The notes: generated by a model from the sequence alone, not told the origin. Positions 18,486-26,249 are shown, counted from the first letter of the stretch. The stretch is 44,714 nucleotides of DNA from Bacillota bacterium (GCA_012520355.1 JAAYOK010000201.1:1-44714); one strand, 5' to 3'. Translations and numbers: made by a program.

Positions 18486-18758
18486 ATGTATGTAAATGCC
18501 GAGGAAGTCTTGCCGGAGAGTCTCCTCGAGGCTATCCAAGAGTATGTGCAGGGAGTAGAACTGTATATTCCTAAACGACCTGGAGAGCGGCTCGGTTGGG
18601 GAGAGGTTAATGGAACCCGCAAGCAAATTTATCAGCGTAATCGTGAAATCGTAAAGAGAGCTACCAAGGGTGAGAGCATCCCATCGTTGATGGAAGAATA
18701 TCACCTCAGCTATGATAGCATTCGTAAGATCATCAGTGCCGGAAAGAATAAGTCCTAA
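18486..18758 (+). CDS. CD3324-family / Mor-like helix-turn-helix protein
   Basis: MYVNAEEVLPESLLEAIQEYVQG...YIP...WG and the C-terminal HTH (YHLSYDSIRKII) resemble the small clostridial CD3324 family. AAGGGGGA RBS 11 nt before ATG 18486. Confidence 0.6.
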   Translation: MYVNAEEVLPESLLEAIQEYVQGVELYIPKRPGERLGWGEVNGTRKQIYQRNREIVKRATKGESIPSLMEEYHLSYDSIRKIISAGKNKS

Positions 18759-18900
18759 GTAAGCTCGGGAGGCACCGCTTTCCAGGGATGATACAATGAG
18801 ATCAGTGGGACCCACAATTTTTGCGAAGGGGGGATGATCAAGATGATCTTCAGGAGGTATGGTAAACTCTAGCCAAAGCTTGAGTTTCCAAGATAGCAGG

Positions 18901-18934
18901 CCTGGTCGTTTTGGAACGACTAGGTCTGTTTTTT
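18901..18934 (+). terminator. intrinsic terminator ~140 nt downstream of the CD3324-like gene
   Basis: 10-bp stem CCTGGTCGTT/AACGACTAGG (one G-U pair), loop TTGG, then TCTGTTTTTT. Confidence 0.7.
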
Positions 18935-19094
18935 GCTGAGCAGGATTTCTCCAGTAAGGTGCGAATAAAGCAGAATATGGAAGACTGGGGGTAGGACCAT
19001 GATACGGTGGAGGAGGCTCAAGGCGAGATATCGCCTTTGGCGAAGCCAGCTCAGGAGTAGACGGACCACAGACAAAGAGATAGCGGGAGAGGCG

Positions 19095-20183
19095 ATGCAT
19101 GCAACCGTGCAGCGCATTTTTTGGACAGCTCCAGTGATGGCCCTGGGGAATTTCCTTGGTGCCCTGGGCTTTTTACTGAGCGAAGAGCCCCTCGTAGCGG
19201 TGGAACAATTGTGGCGGGAGTTGGTTATCCAAGCGAATCTCTTTGTCAGCGCCACGAGCCTCGGCATTTGGCTTGTAGCCTGGCGCCTGAAGAAGAAGCC
19301 TGTGGGGAGCAAAAGCCAACCTGTCTTTGCCTACTTTGTGGTGACCTATGTCTTAACGGTAGGACTTGCGATCTCCCTCATTGACAATCTTGTGATGACG
19401 AGTATTATTCCCTTCCTGCTCTGTGTGACCATTGTAGGAACGTTTTGCTACTTGCCTCCACGGGGTGCTGTCTTGGTATTTGGCCTGAGTCTGGTTGTCT
19501 TTGGCTTCGCCTTTGGCTCTCTCCTCACCCTGCCTGCCCACATCCTTGATTCTATTTTAGTCAATGGCATGATGGCCCATGCACTAGGGTTGGCCTTATC
19601 TACGGTGGGCTGGAGGCATTTTCGCAGTTCCAAGCTACAAGAAAAGACCATTGCTCAGCAACAGGCCGCTTTGACAGAAATGGCCTATCAAGATTCCCTC
19701 ACGGGGCTGCCCAATCGGCGTTTCCTAGATGAGTTAGTGGAACGGGAAGTTGCGTTGGTGAGGCGAGGAAGAACCCAGTCTTGTCTGATCATGTGCGATA
19801 TTGACAACTTTAAAGCAGTGAATGATACCTTTGGTCATGTGGCGGGCGACAAGATGCTGCGAGCCTTTGCAGACCTACTTCGTGGGATGACCCGGAACAG
19901 TAATACCGTCGTTCGTCTGGGGGGAGAGGAGTTTGTCATTTTAGCTCCTCAGACCTCCCCGCAAGAAGCCATGGTTTTGGCAGAACGCCTCCGCAAGATA
20001 GTTGAAGAGCATGGGTTTGAGGTGAATGATAACATTCTGCGAATTACGGCTAGTTTCGGTGTAGCGCGCTTGGAGGGTAGCGAACGAGAGCAAGACTATT
20101 ACCACCGTGCTGATCAAGCCCTCTATCAAGCGAAGTTCACCGGTAAGAATCGGGTGGTTATGACGCAGGGCAAAGTGGGCTAA
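19095..20183 (+). CDS. membrane-bound diguanylate cyclase (GGDEF domain)
   Basis: N-terminal multi-TM region and a C-terminal GGDEF domain with an intact RLGGEEF active site. GGGAGAGG RBS before ATG 19095. Confidence 0.85.
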   Translation: MHATVQRIFWTAPVMALGNFLGALGFLLSEEPLVAVEQLWRELVIQANLFVSATSLGIWLVAWRLKKKPVGSKSQPVFAYFVVTYVLTVGLAISLIDNLVMTSIIPFLLCVTIVGTFCYLPPRGAVLVFGLSLVVFGFAFGSLLTLPAHILDSILVNGMMAHALGLALSTVGWRHFRSSKLQEKTIAQQQAALTEMAYQDSLTGLPNRRFLDELVEREVALVRRGRTQSCLIMCDIDNFKAVNDTFGHVAGDKMLRAFADLLRGMTRNSNTVVRLGGEEFVILAPQTSPQEAMVLAERLRKIVEEHGFEVNDNILRITASFGVARLEGSEREQDYYHRADQALYQAKFTGKNRVVMTQGKVG

Positions 20184-20265
20184 CATGGCGGCAGGAGTTC
20201 ACTTGGGTTGTAGCGAAGATCGATGTCCTTGTCTGGGGAATGGACATACAAGGGGGCTAGGGTAG

Positions 20266-20577
20266 ATGGATATCAACGAGCAGTTCGAGCGAGTCTTTGA
20301 TCTCATTGAGGGTCTTTATACCCATACGACGGTACAATTCGAGGAAGTGAAACGTGATATCTCTGAGTTAAAGACGGATATTGCGGTGCTAAAGCAAGAT
20401 ATTGCCGTACTGAAACGAGACATTAGTGAGTTGCAGGCAGATGTTGCTGAGCTAAAGGTGATTACAGCCGCTAATGCTGAGTCCATCGGTGGAGTGGACA
20501 AGGAACTCAAGAGAATGAATGAAAAAGTCTATAGCCATGATTTGGACATTCACCTCCTAAAGAGGGCGATGGCTTGA
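20266..20577 (+). CDS. coiled-coil heptad-repeat protein of unknown function
   Basis: 103 aa with five consecutive heptads (DISELKT DIAVLKQ DIAVLKR DISELQA DVAELKV). AAGGGGG RBS. A strong terminator follows. Confidence 0.6.
   Translation: MDINEQFERVFDLIEGLYTHTTVQFEEVKRDISELKTDIAVLKQDIAVLKRDISELQADVAELKVITAANAESIGGVDKELKRMNEKVYSHDLDIHLLKRAMA
20356..20460 (+). repeat. 5 x 21-bp degenerate in-frame tandem repeat (encodes the heptads)
   Basis: Units start at 20356, 20377, 20398, 20419 and 20440. Each begins GA(T/C)(A/G)T and ends with a (A/C)A(A/G)-rich Lys/Gln codon region. Confidence 0.8.
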
Positions 20578-20593
20578 TGAAGGATGTGTGTTA

Positions 20594-20626
20594 TCTGGGA
20601 CGTGAGGTGTACGTCCCAGATTTTTT
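20594..20626 (+). terminator. intrinsic terminator
   Basis: Perfect 10-bp stem TCTGGGACGT/ACGTCCCAGA, 7-nt loop, followed by TTTTTT. Confidence 0.85.
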
Positions 20627-20644
20627 CTCGGGGAGGTTATTGAC

Positions 20645-20866
20645 GTGAAAATACTCGATCTGAATAAGACTGTTTATGAATTGGTGACAGAGTATCCTGA
20701 GTTAGTTGAGATTATGCAGAAGGTAGGATTCTCTAGCATCGTGAATCCCAAGATGCTCCGTACGGTGGGTCGGATCATGACCATTCCCAAAGGTGCCACC
20801 ATGAGGGGGCTGGATCTTGAGACGATTAAGGAAGAGTTTGAGAAGCATGGATTCTCATGCAAATAG
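20645..20866 (+). CDS. DUF1858 domain protein (hybrid-cluster-protein-associated redox domain family)
   Basis: 73 aa. The pattern ILDLNKTVYELVTEYPELVEIM...TIPKGATMRGLDLETI is typical of DUF1858. GTG start 8 nt after GGGGAGG. Confidence 0.65.
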   Translation: MKILDLNKTVYELVTEYPELVEIMQKVGFSSIVNPKMLRTVGRIMTIPKGATMRGLDLETIKEEFEKHGFSCK

Positions 20867-20892
20867 CTGACCTTATTTGACCTTCTCTGACC
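20866..20892. promoter_or_regulatory. three phased TGACC heptads resembling a CtsR operator (distal array)
   Basis: GCTGACC-TTA-TTTGACC-TTC-TCTGACC, with TGACC at 20868, 20878 and 20888 (exact 10-bp phase). This matches the reverse complement of the CtsR consensus (A/G)GTCAAA-NAN-(A/G)GTCAAA. Confidence 0.45.
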
Positions 20893-20959
20893 TTGAAAAA
20901 TGGAGAAAAAAGGCGACGTCACAGGTTAAATCCATCATAATCAACCCAGATCATGTTTT

Positions 20960-21005
20960 CTTGACCTTAACTGACTTTGACCTTCCCTGATGTATGTGGG
21001 AGAAT
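20960..21005 (+). promoter_or_regulatory. hsp20 promoter region with overlapping CtsR-like heptads (proximal array)
   Basis: CTTGACC-TTA-ACTGACT and TTTGACC-TTC-CCTGATG (20960-20992). TTGACC (20977-20982), a 17-nt spacer, then TGgGAGAAT (extended -10, 20997-21005), ~45 nt before the hsp20 ATG. Confidence 0.45.
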
Positions 21006-21050
21006 AGGGTTGAGCAAGAAAACATAAACTATCTATGGGGAGGTTTTAGT

Positions 21051-21467
21051 ATGTACAGAATGATGCCTTTCTCGAGAAGAAGCCGTGGAGACTCTTTCTT
21101 CCCACCAGGATTACAGAACTTTTTTAGCTGGCCGGAACTAACGTGGCAAGGGTTCAGTGTTGATGTGAAGGAAACCGATGACGGTTACGCCATCCAAGCA
21201 GATCTACCTGGTGTGGCTAAAGAGAATATCAAGCTTTCTCTCGAAGATGGTTATCTAACCATTGGGGTCCAACAAAACGAACTCCGTTCCGAGGACCAAG
21301 AAAACTACATCTGTCGTGAGCGGAGGCAAGTGTCAAGTCGACGTAGCTTCTATGTGGGGAATGTGAGTCCTGGCGATGTTCAAGCACATTACACCGACGG
21401 TGTCTTGCATGTGAAAGTACCCAAAGCCACCGATAGGCAAGGTCAAAGCGAAATCCAAATTCAATAA
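21051..21467 (+). CDS. Hsp20/alpha-crystallin family small heat-shock protein
   Basis: Alpha-crystallin domain (VDVKETDDGYAIQADLPGVAKENIKLSLEDGYLTI...GVLHVKVPK). GGGGAGG RBS before ATG 21051. Confidence 0.9.
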   Translation: MYRMMPFSRRSRGDSFFPPGLQNFFSWPELTWQGFSVDVKETDDGYAIQADLPGVAKENIKLSLEDGYLTIGVQQNELRSEDQENYICRERRQVSSRRSFYVGNVSPGDVQAHYTDGVLHVKVPKATDRQGQSEIQIQ

Positions 21468-21474
21468 TCTGCGG

Positions 21475-21499
21475 GGGGTGAGAAATCACCCCTCTTCTT
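21475..21499 (+). terminator. intrinsic terminator after hsp20
   Basis: Stem GGGGTGA/TCACCCC with a GAAA loop, followed by the T-rich TCTTCTT. Confidence 0.55.
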
Positions 21500-21568
21500 A
21501 TGCCTTCTAGCAGGAGGATAGCCGCTCTATGAGGAAAAAGATGGAGACAGACTAAAAGGAGCGAGGCA

Positions 21569-23587
21569 ATGAAGACAAGAAAAGTGAATGTAACGGATGA
21601 TTTCCATGGAACCCTCGTAGCTGATCCCTATCGCTGGCTCGAAGGAGACGATCCAGAGGTCGAGAGCTGGGTAGACAAGCAGCATGAGCGTTTGGAGCAA
21701 TTCTTTGCTGGTGACGATGTACGCCTGAAGTATCAAGAACGCCTCAATCAACTCTGGGATTATCCTCGGAGGCTGATTCCTCGTAAGAGCGGTCCTTGGT
21801 ATTTCTACCAAGAAAACAGCGGTCTCCAAAACCAGCCCGTTCTCTATCGCCAGAAGGGTCTAGGAGGCGAAGGGGAGGTCGTGCTAGATCCAAATCTTTG
21901 GAGCTCCGATGGGACGATTGCCTTAAGTAATTATAGTGTTTCTAACGGGGCAAGATATCTAGCGTATACTGTATCAGCTGGCGGCAGTGATCGCCAAGAG
22001 ATCCACATTCGGGATCTGGAGACAAAGAAAGACCTGGCTGACGTGATTCAGTGGTGCCGCTTCACAAGTATGGCGTGGCTGGGCGAACGAGGTTTTTACT
22101 ATACGCGCTTTCCTGAACCTGGCACAGTGGCGCCAGAGGATGAAGTGAACTTCAGCCAAGTGTATTGGCATGAATTGGGGACAGCACAAGCAGACGATCG
22201 CTTAGTGTTTGAACTGCCTGAAGAAAAGGAACTGGGTTTTTCGCCCTTCCTAACCTCGGATCAGGCCTATCTTTTGCTCCGTGTGAGCCATGGTACCGAA
22301 CCCCGCAATGGTTTGTATTATAAGAAGGTTGGCGAAGGGGAGCCCATCGTTCGCCTACTTGAACCAGGCGAGGCAAGTTACAGTTTTCTGGGTAATACAG
22401 GATCCGTCTTTTACTTCCTAACCGATCTCGATGCTCCCCGGGGCCGCATCATTGCCATTGACAGCGAAAAACCAGAGAGGGAACATTGGCTCGAGATCAT
22501 TCCGGAGCAAGCAGAAGTAATTTCCCAGGGGCTCTATCTAAACGGTACATTTGTCCTCTCGTTGCTACAAAAAGCCCATTCGATCCTCAGAATCTATGAA
22601 GAAAACGGGGAATTCAGAAGAGAGATCCCCCTACCGACTCTAGGATACATCGAAGGAATGTCTGGCCGGCAGGAGCAGACAGAGTTCTTTATCAACTTTA
22701 CATCCTTCTTGTACCCTGCAACCAATTTCCATTATGATCTGAACACAGAGACCCTCAGTCCCTTTGGGGAGCAAGAGTTGAAGTTCGATCCGAACCTCTA
22801 CCAGACGTCCCAGGTGTTTTATCCTTCCAAAGATGGCACCCAGGTCTCCATGTATCTTGTGCATCGCAAAGGTCTTAACCTTGATGGCAATAATCCCTGC
22901 CTGCTCTACGGATACGGCGGGTTTAATATCTCCGTCACCCCTTCCTTTTCGGCCTCCCGGATTTTGTGGCTCGAACTAGGGGGTGTCTATGCGGTAGCCA
23001 ACTTGCGAGGCGGTAGCGAATACGGAGACACCTGGCACCGAGCTGGTATGCTGGAAAACAAGCAAAATGTCTTTGACGATTTCATTGCCGCAGCGGAGTG
23101 GCTGATCAATAACAAGTATACAAGGCGGGAGAGACTGGCCATTGAAGGGCGCAGTAATGGTGGTTTGCTGGTTTCTGCCTGTCTGACCCAAAGACCCGAT
23201 CTCTATGGGGCGGTCCTTTGTATCGTTCCAGTTACTGATATGCTACGGTATCACAAATTCACCGTTGGTCGCTACTGGATTCCAGAGTATGGGGATCCAG
23301 AGAATCCGGATCATTTCCAGTTTCTCTATGCGTATTCACCCCTCCACAATGTGAAAGGGGCAGACTATCCCGCCACACTTGTAGTTACCGCCTATGGCGA
23401 TGATCGGGTGGTACCAGGTCATGCCTTCAAATTCGCAGCTACCCTCCAGGAGGCCCAACAAGGGAAGGCACCCATCATGCTCCGGGTGGATAGCAAGTCA
23501 GGTCACGGTCATGGTAAACCCATCGCCAAGATCATCGCCGAGCATGCCGATATCTATGCTTTTATGCGTAAAGTGTTTAATATTTAG
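21569..23587 (+). CDS. prolyl oligopeptidase (S9A serine peptidase)
   Basis: 672 aa. DPYRWLE at the N-terminus, a beta-propeller region, the catalytic GRSNGG nucleophile elbow, and the downstream Asp/His region (GDDRV, GHG). Confidence 0.9.
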   Translation: MKTRKVNVTDDFHGTLVADPYRWLEGDDPEVESWVDKQHERLEQFFAGDDVRLKYQERLNQLWDYPRRLIPRKSGPWYFYQENSGLQNQPVLYRQKGLGGEGEVVLDPNLWSSDGTIALSNYSVSNGARYLAYTVSAGGSDRQEIHIRDLETKKDLADVIQWCRFTSMAWLGERGFYYTRFPEPGTVAPEDEVNFSQVYWHELGTAQADDRLVFELPEEKELGFSPFLTSDQAYLLLRVSHGTEPRNGLYYKKVGEGEPIVRLLEPGEASYSFLGNTGSVFYFLTDLDAPRGRIIAIDSEKPEREHWLEIIPEQAEVISQGLYLNGTFVLSLLQKAHSILRIYEENGEFRREIPLPTLGYIEGMSGRQEQTEFFINFTSFLYPATNFHYDLNTETLSPFGEQELKFDPNLYQTSQVFYPSKDGTQVSMYLVHRKGLNLDGNNPCLLYGYGGFNISVTPSFSASRILWLELGGVYAVANLRGGSEYGDTWHRAGMLENKQNVFDDFIAAAEWLINNKYTRRERLAIEGRSNGGLLVSACLTQRPDLYGAVLCIVPVTDMLRYHKFTVGRYWIPEYGDPENPDHFQFLYAYSPLHNVKGADYPATLVVTAYGDDRVVPGHAFKFAATLQEAQQGKAPIMLRVDSKSGHGHGKPIAKIIAEHADIYAFMRKVFNI

Positions 23588-23703
23588 GTGCAGAGGATAA
23601 CTTTCCGTTAACTATCTGTGTGGCAGAAGGGAATTGCCCCCAAAATACGAAAGGAATGTAGCTGAAAAAGTTTGTAGACCAAATAGATTTGGAGGTTGAG
23701 TAT

Positions 23704-24723
23704 ATGAATTTCGGTGTTTTAACGGGTGGAGGAGACTCTGCAGGTATTAACGACTTTCTCTATTTCCTGGCCAAGCGTCTAGAGCTCGACGGACACACCC
23801 TGACAGGTTTTCGTAGTAGCTGGGTTGGTATGGTGAACAATGATGCCATTAGCCTGAATCGGGCTATGCTCGAGCCACATCGCCACACCCCAAGTACCAT
23901 GTTGGGTAGCGAACGGAAGAACCCCATCAAAGACGGTGAGATGGATAAAGTCTTAGCCACTTTAGAGGATCGCAAAATCGATGCCATGATTTGCATGGGT
24001 GGCGACGATACCTTAGGCGTAGCCGCTCACTTAGCTGAGCTCGGCTTCAATGTTGTGGGCGCACCTCAAACCATCGATGACGACTTGCGCTTTACAGACC
24101 ATACCCTTGGCTATGAGACCGCTGTTCGTCAAGCATCCACCTACATCAATAGCATAATTAACAGTAATGTGGGTCATGACAAAGACATGATCGTGGAAGT
24201 TATGGGCCGTGATGCTGGTTGGTTAGCTCTGGCCACCGCCATGAACACACCAGCTTGTGCCTGTATGTGTCCAGAAGGACCCATGGAACTTGAGGAAATG
24301 ATTGCCGCCATGACCGATTACAAGAAGCGGACTGGGCGTGCAGGCCTCGCCATCGTATCTGAGGGAATCGAGCTGAAGGGTGTAGACCGTGGTGAACTGC
24401 GGAAAGACGCTTTCGGTAACGTTTATACCGCAGGTGTGAGCCACATTGTGGGCGAAAAGTATGAGGCAGCAACGGGACGTAAGCCCCGCGTGCAAGTGAT
24501 GGGTTATCTACTCAGAGGCGGAGTACCTTCTCCCTACGATGTAGATTTGGCCTTGAGTTTTGCCAACCAAGCCGTTGATTTGGCCTTAGCTGGCAAGACT
24601 GGCTATATGGTAACTCGTTACGAAGGACGCGACCAAGCGATCCCCCTGAAAGATGTAGCAGGCGGTAAGAAGTATCTTGATCCTGATTTCTTAGCCCAGC
24701 AATTAGCTAGAGTTCTAGCCTAA
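23704..24723 (+). CDS. 6-phosphofructokinase family (PfkA family, divergent; phosphoryl donor uncertain)
   Basis: GVLTGGGDSAGIN, GGDDT, TIDDD, MGRDAGWLA and LRGG motifs. GGAGG RBS 9 nt before ATG 23704. Confidence 0.8.
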   Translation: MNFGVLTGGGDSAGINDFLYFLAKRLELDGHTLTGFRSSWVGMVNNDAISLNRAMLEPHRHTPSTMLGSERKNPIKDGEMDKVLATLEDRKIDAMICMGGDDTLGVAAHLAELGFNVVGAPQTIDDDLRFTDHTLGYETAVRQASTYINSIINSNVGHDKDMIVEVMGRDAGWLALATAMNTPACACMCPEGPMELEEMIAAMTDYKKRTGRAGLAIVSEGIELKGVDRGELRKDAFGNVYTAGVSHIVGEKYEAATGRKPRVQVMGYLLRGGVPSPYDVDLALSFANQAVDLALAGKTGYMVTRYEGRDQAIPLKDVAGGKKYLDPDFLAQQLARVLA

Positions 24724-24747
24724 GCTAGGTGCGACAAAAAACAACGG

Positions 24748-24784
24748 AGTGGTGGGGGGCGTAGCCTAACCCCACCACTTTTTC
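24748..24784 (+). terminator. intrinsic terminator after pfk
   Basis: 10-bp stem AGTGGTGGGG/CCCCACCACT followed by a T-run. Confidence 0.8.
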
Positions 24785-24802
24785 CTACTAAGGAGGTAGA
24801 GT

Positions 24803-25165
24803 ATGGAGCGCTCTTTCTTTTGTTATTCAAGATGAAGTACCTGTCGCGCGGCCAAGGCTTGGCTCGATGAAAAAGGTATTAGCTACACCTTGCGGGACAT
24901 TACCCAAGAAACACCCAGCACCGAGGAACTAACGGAGTGGGTAGAACGGGGTACCTATCCCCTGAAATCCTTCTTTAACACAAGTGGTAAACGTTATCGG
25001 GAGCTTGCCCTCAAGGATCGTCTACCGAAACTCTCCGAAGCAGAGCAGATCCAGATGCTCGCAGCTGATGGTATGCTTATCAAACGGCCCATCCTAGTCG
25101 ATTCCAGGACCCTTCTGATCGGTTTTAACGAACAGAAGTGGGAGAAAATGTTTGCCTTAAGTTAG
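24803..25165 (+). CDS. ArsC/Spx/YffB-family thioredoxin-fold protein, candidate selenoprotein (TGA 24833-24835 read as Sec, UxxC motif)
   Basis: ATG 24803 lies 6 nt after a perfect AGGAGG. The same frame as the track ORF (24890..25165) gives MERSFFCYSR-TGA-STCRAAKAWLDEKGISYTLRDI, so the TGA sits where family members have the first Cys of CxxC. The 120-aa total fits the family size. A hairpin follows the TGA. Confidence 0.55.
24838..24878 (+). promoter_or_regulatory. SECIS-like interrupted hairpin downstream of the in-frame TGA
   Basis: TACCT (24838-42) pairs with AGGTA (24874-78), TCG (24844-46) with CGA (24865-67), and GCCA (24851-54) with TGGC (24860-63). The apical loop AGGCT lies ~20 nt 3' of the TGA. 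Confidence 0.45.
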
Positions 25166-25232
25166 GAAGGAGATCCCCTCGGTTTCTAGAATGTTAAGTA
25201 TGTACAAAAATTCTAGTGAAGGGGATAGAAAA

Positions 25233-26222
25233 ATGAAAAAAACCGCATTATATGTTTTGGTCCTGGTTTTACTGGTTTCCACCATTGCCGCTGCGCAAGA
25301 GAGGGTAACCGTTTATACCACATTGTTCGAACCAACTGCACGCCTCTTGTTTGAAGCATTCGAAGAAGATACTGGCATCCGCGTCGACTTTGTCCGTCTT
25401 TCTGGCGGTGAAGCAGTAGCTCGTATGGACGCAGAACGCCGTAATCCCCAGGCTAGTATGTGGTTTGGCGGTGTTGGTCTCGATCATATGACCGCTAAGA
25501 ATATGGGCCTAACAGAGCCTTATATCTCACCCAATGCAGAGAACATTCTACCCCAGTTTAGAGATCCAGAACATTATTGGACTGGTATTTATGTTGGAGC
25601 ACTCGGATTTATCTCCAATAACAATCGCTTAGCAGAACTTGGCATTGAAGCCCCAAGATCTTGGGCTGACTTGCTTAGACCAGAACTGAAAGGCGAGATT
25701 CAAGTGGCGAACCCAGGCACCTCTGGTACAGCCTATAACTTTATCGCAACCCTTGTGCAACTTTGGGGCGAAGATGAAGCCTTTGAGTATCTCAAAGAGT
25801 TCCATAAGAACGTTCAACAATATACCCGTTCGGGTAATGCACCCAACCCTGCAACTGGCCTAGGTGAAGTGGCTGTTGGTATTGGATATGCCCATGACCA
25901 AGTGACTGTAGTCCAAGAAGGCTACCCCGTGCAAATTACCTTTGCCGAAGAAGGAACTGGCTACGAAGTGGCCACCATCTCCTTGATTAAGGGTGGCAAA
26001 GAAATGGAAGCTGCTAAGAAACTCTATGACTGGGCCTTAACGGAACGGGCCGCGATTTTGCTGGCCTCCACCAATGTGGTTCCCATCATTGATGTTCCCC
26101 TCAACGAAGGTGCAGTACCCATTTCAGAAGTCAATGTCATCGACCAAGATGATCTTTGGGCAGCGGCAGAGAAAGAACGCCTTGTAGAGAAGTGGAATAA
26201 CGAAGTATTCCGTGGACGATAA
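25233..26222 (+). CDS. ABC transporter substrate-binding protein (Fe(III)/family-1 solute-binding type)
   Basis: Signal peptide MKKTALYVLVLVLLVSTIAAAQE (no lipobox Cys) and an iron/thiamine-type SBP fold pattern. It precedes a fused two-domain permease and an ATPase. Confidence 0.8.
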   Translation: MKKTALYVLVLVLLVSTIAAAQERVTVYTTLFEPTARLLFEAFEEDTGIRVDFVRLSGGEAVARMDAERRNPQASMWFGGVGLDHMTAKNMGLTEPYISPNAENILPQFRDPEHYWTGIYVGALGFISNNNRLAELGIEAPRSWADLLRPELKGEIQVANPGTSGTAYNFIATLVQLWGEDEAFEYLKEFHKNVQQYTRSGNAPNPATGLGEVAVGIGYAHDQVTVVQEGYPVQITFAEEGTGYEVATISLIKGGKEMEAAKKLYDWALTERAAILLASTNVVPIIDVPLNEGAVPISEVNVIDQDDLWAAAEKERLVEKWNNEVFRGR

Positions 26223-26249
26223 GTAGGTACCGCCGTTGAACGATCAAGG

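Noticed and set aside
18483-19100. A 205-aa minus-strand ORF spanning the CD3324-like gene and the downstream intergenic region.
   Set aside because: It is antisense to a well-supported gene. Its composition is Pro/Ser/Leu-rich and low-complexity, it has no RBS, and it crosses a terminator. I treat it as a shadow ORF.
20356-20460. A regular 21-bp repeat array as a possible CRISPR or other non-coding repeat.
   Set aside because: The units are contiguous with no spacers. They are in frame and encode coiled-coil heptads within an ORF that has an RBS and a terminator.
24890-25165. The 91-aa TTG-initiated ORF given by the track as a stand-alone ArsC-like gene.
   Set aside because: It has no RBS and would lack the N-terminal redox motif. 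The same frame continues upstream through a single TGA to an ATG with a perfect AGGAGG. The longer Sec-read-through (or pseudogene) model explains the sequence better.
25184-25216. An inverted repeat, CTAGAAT-N17-ATTCTAG, upstream of the Fe(III)-type SBP gene, considered as a Fur box.
   Set aside because: It has only 7-bp arms and no resemblance to the GATAATGATAATCATTATC Fur consensus. It is too weak to call.
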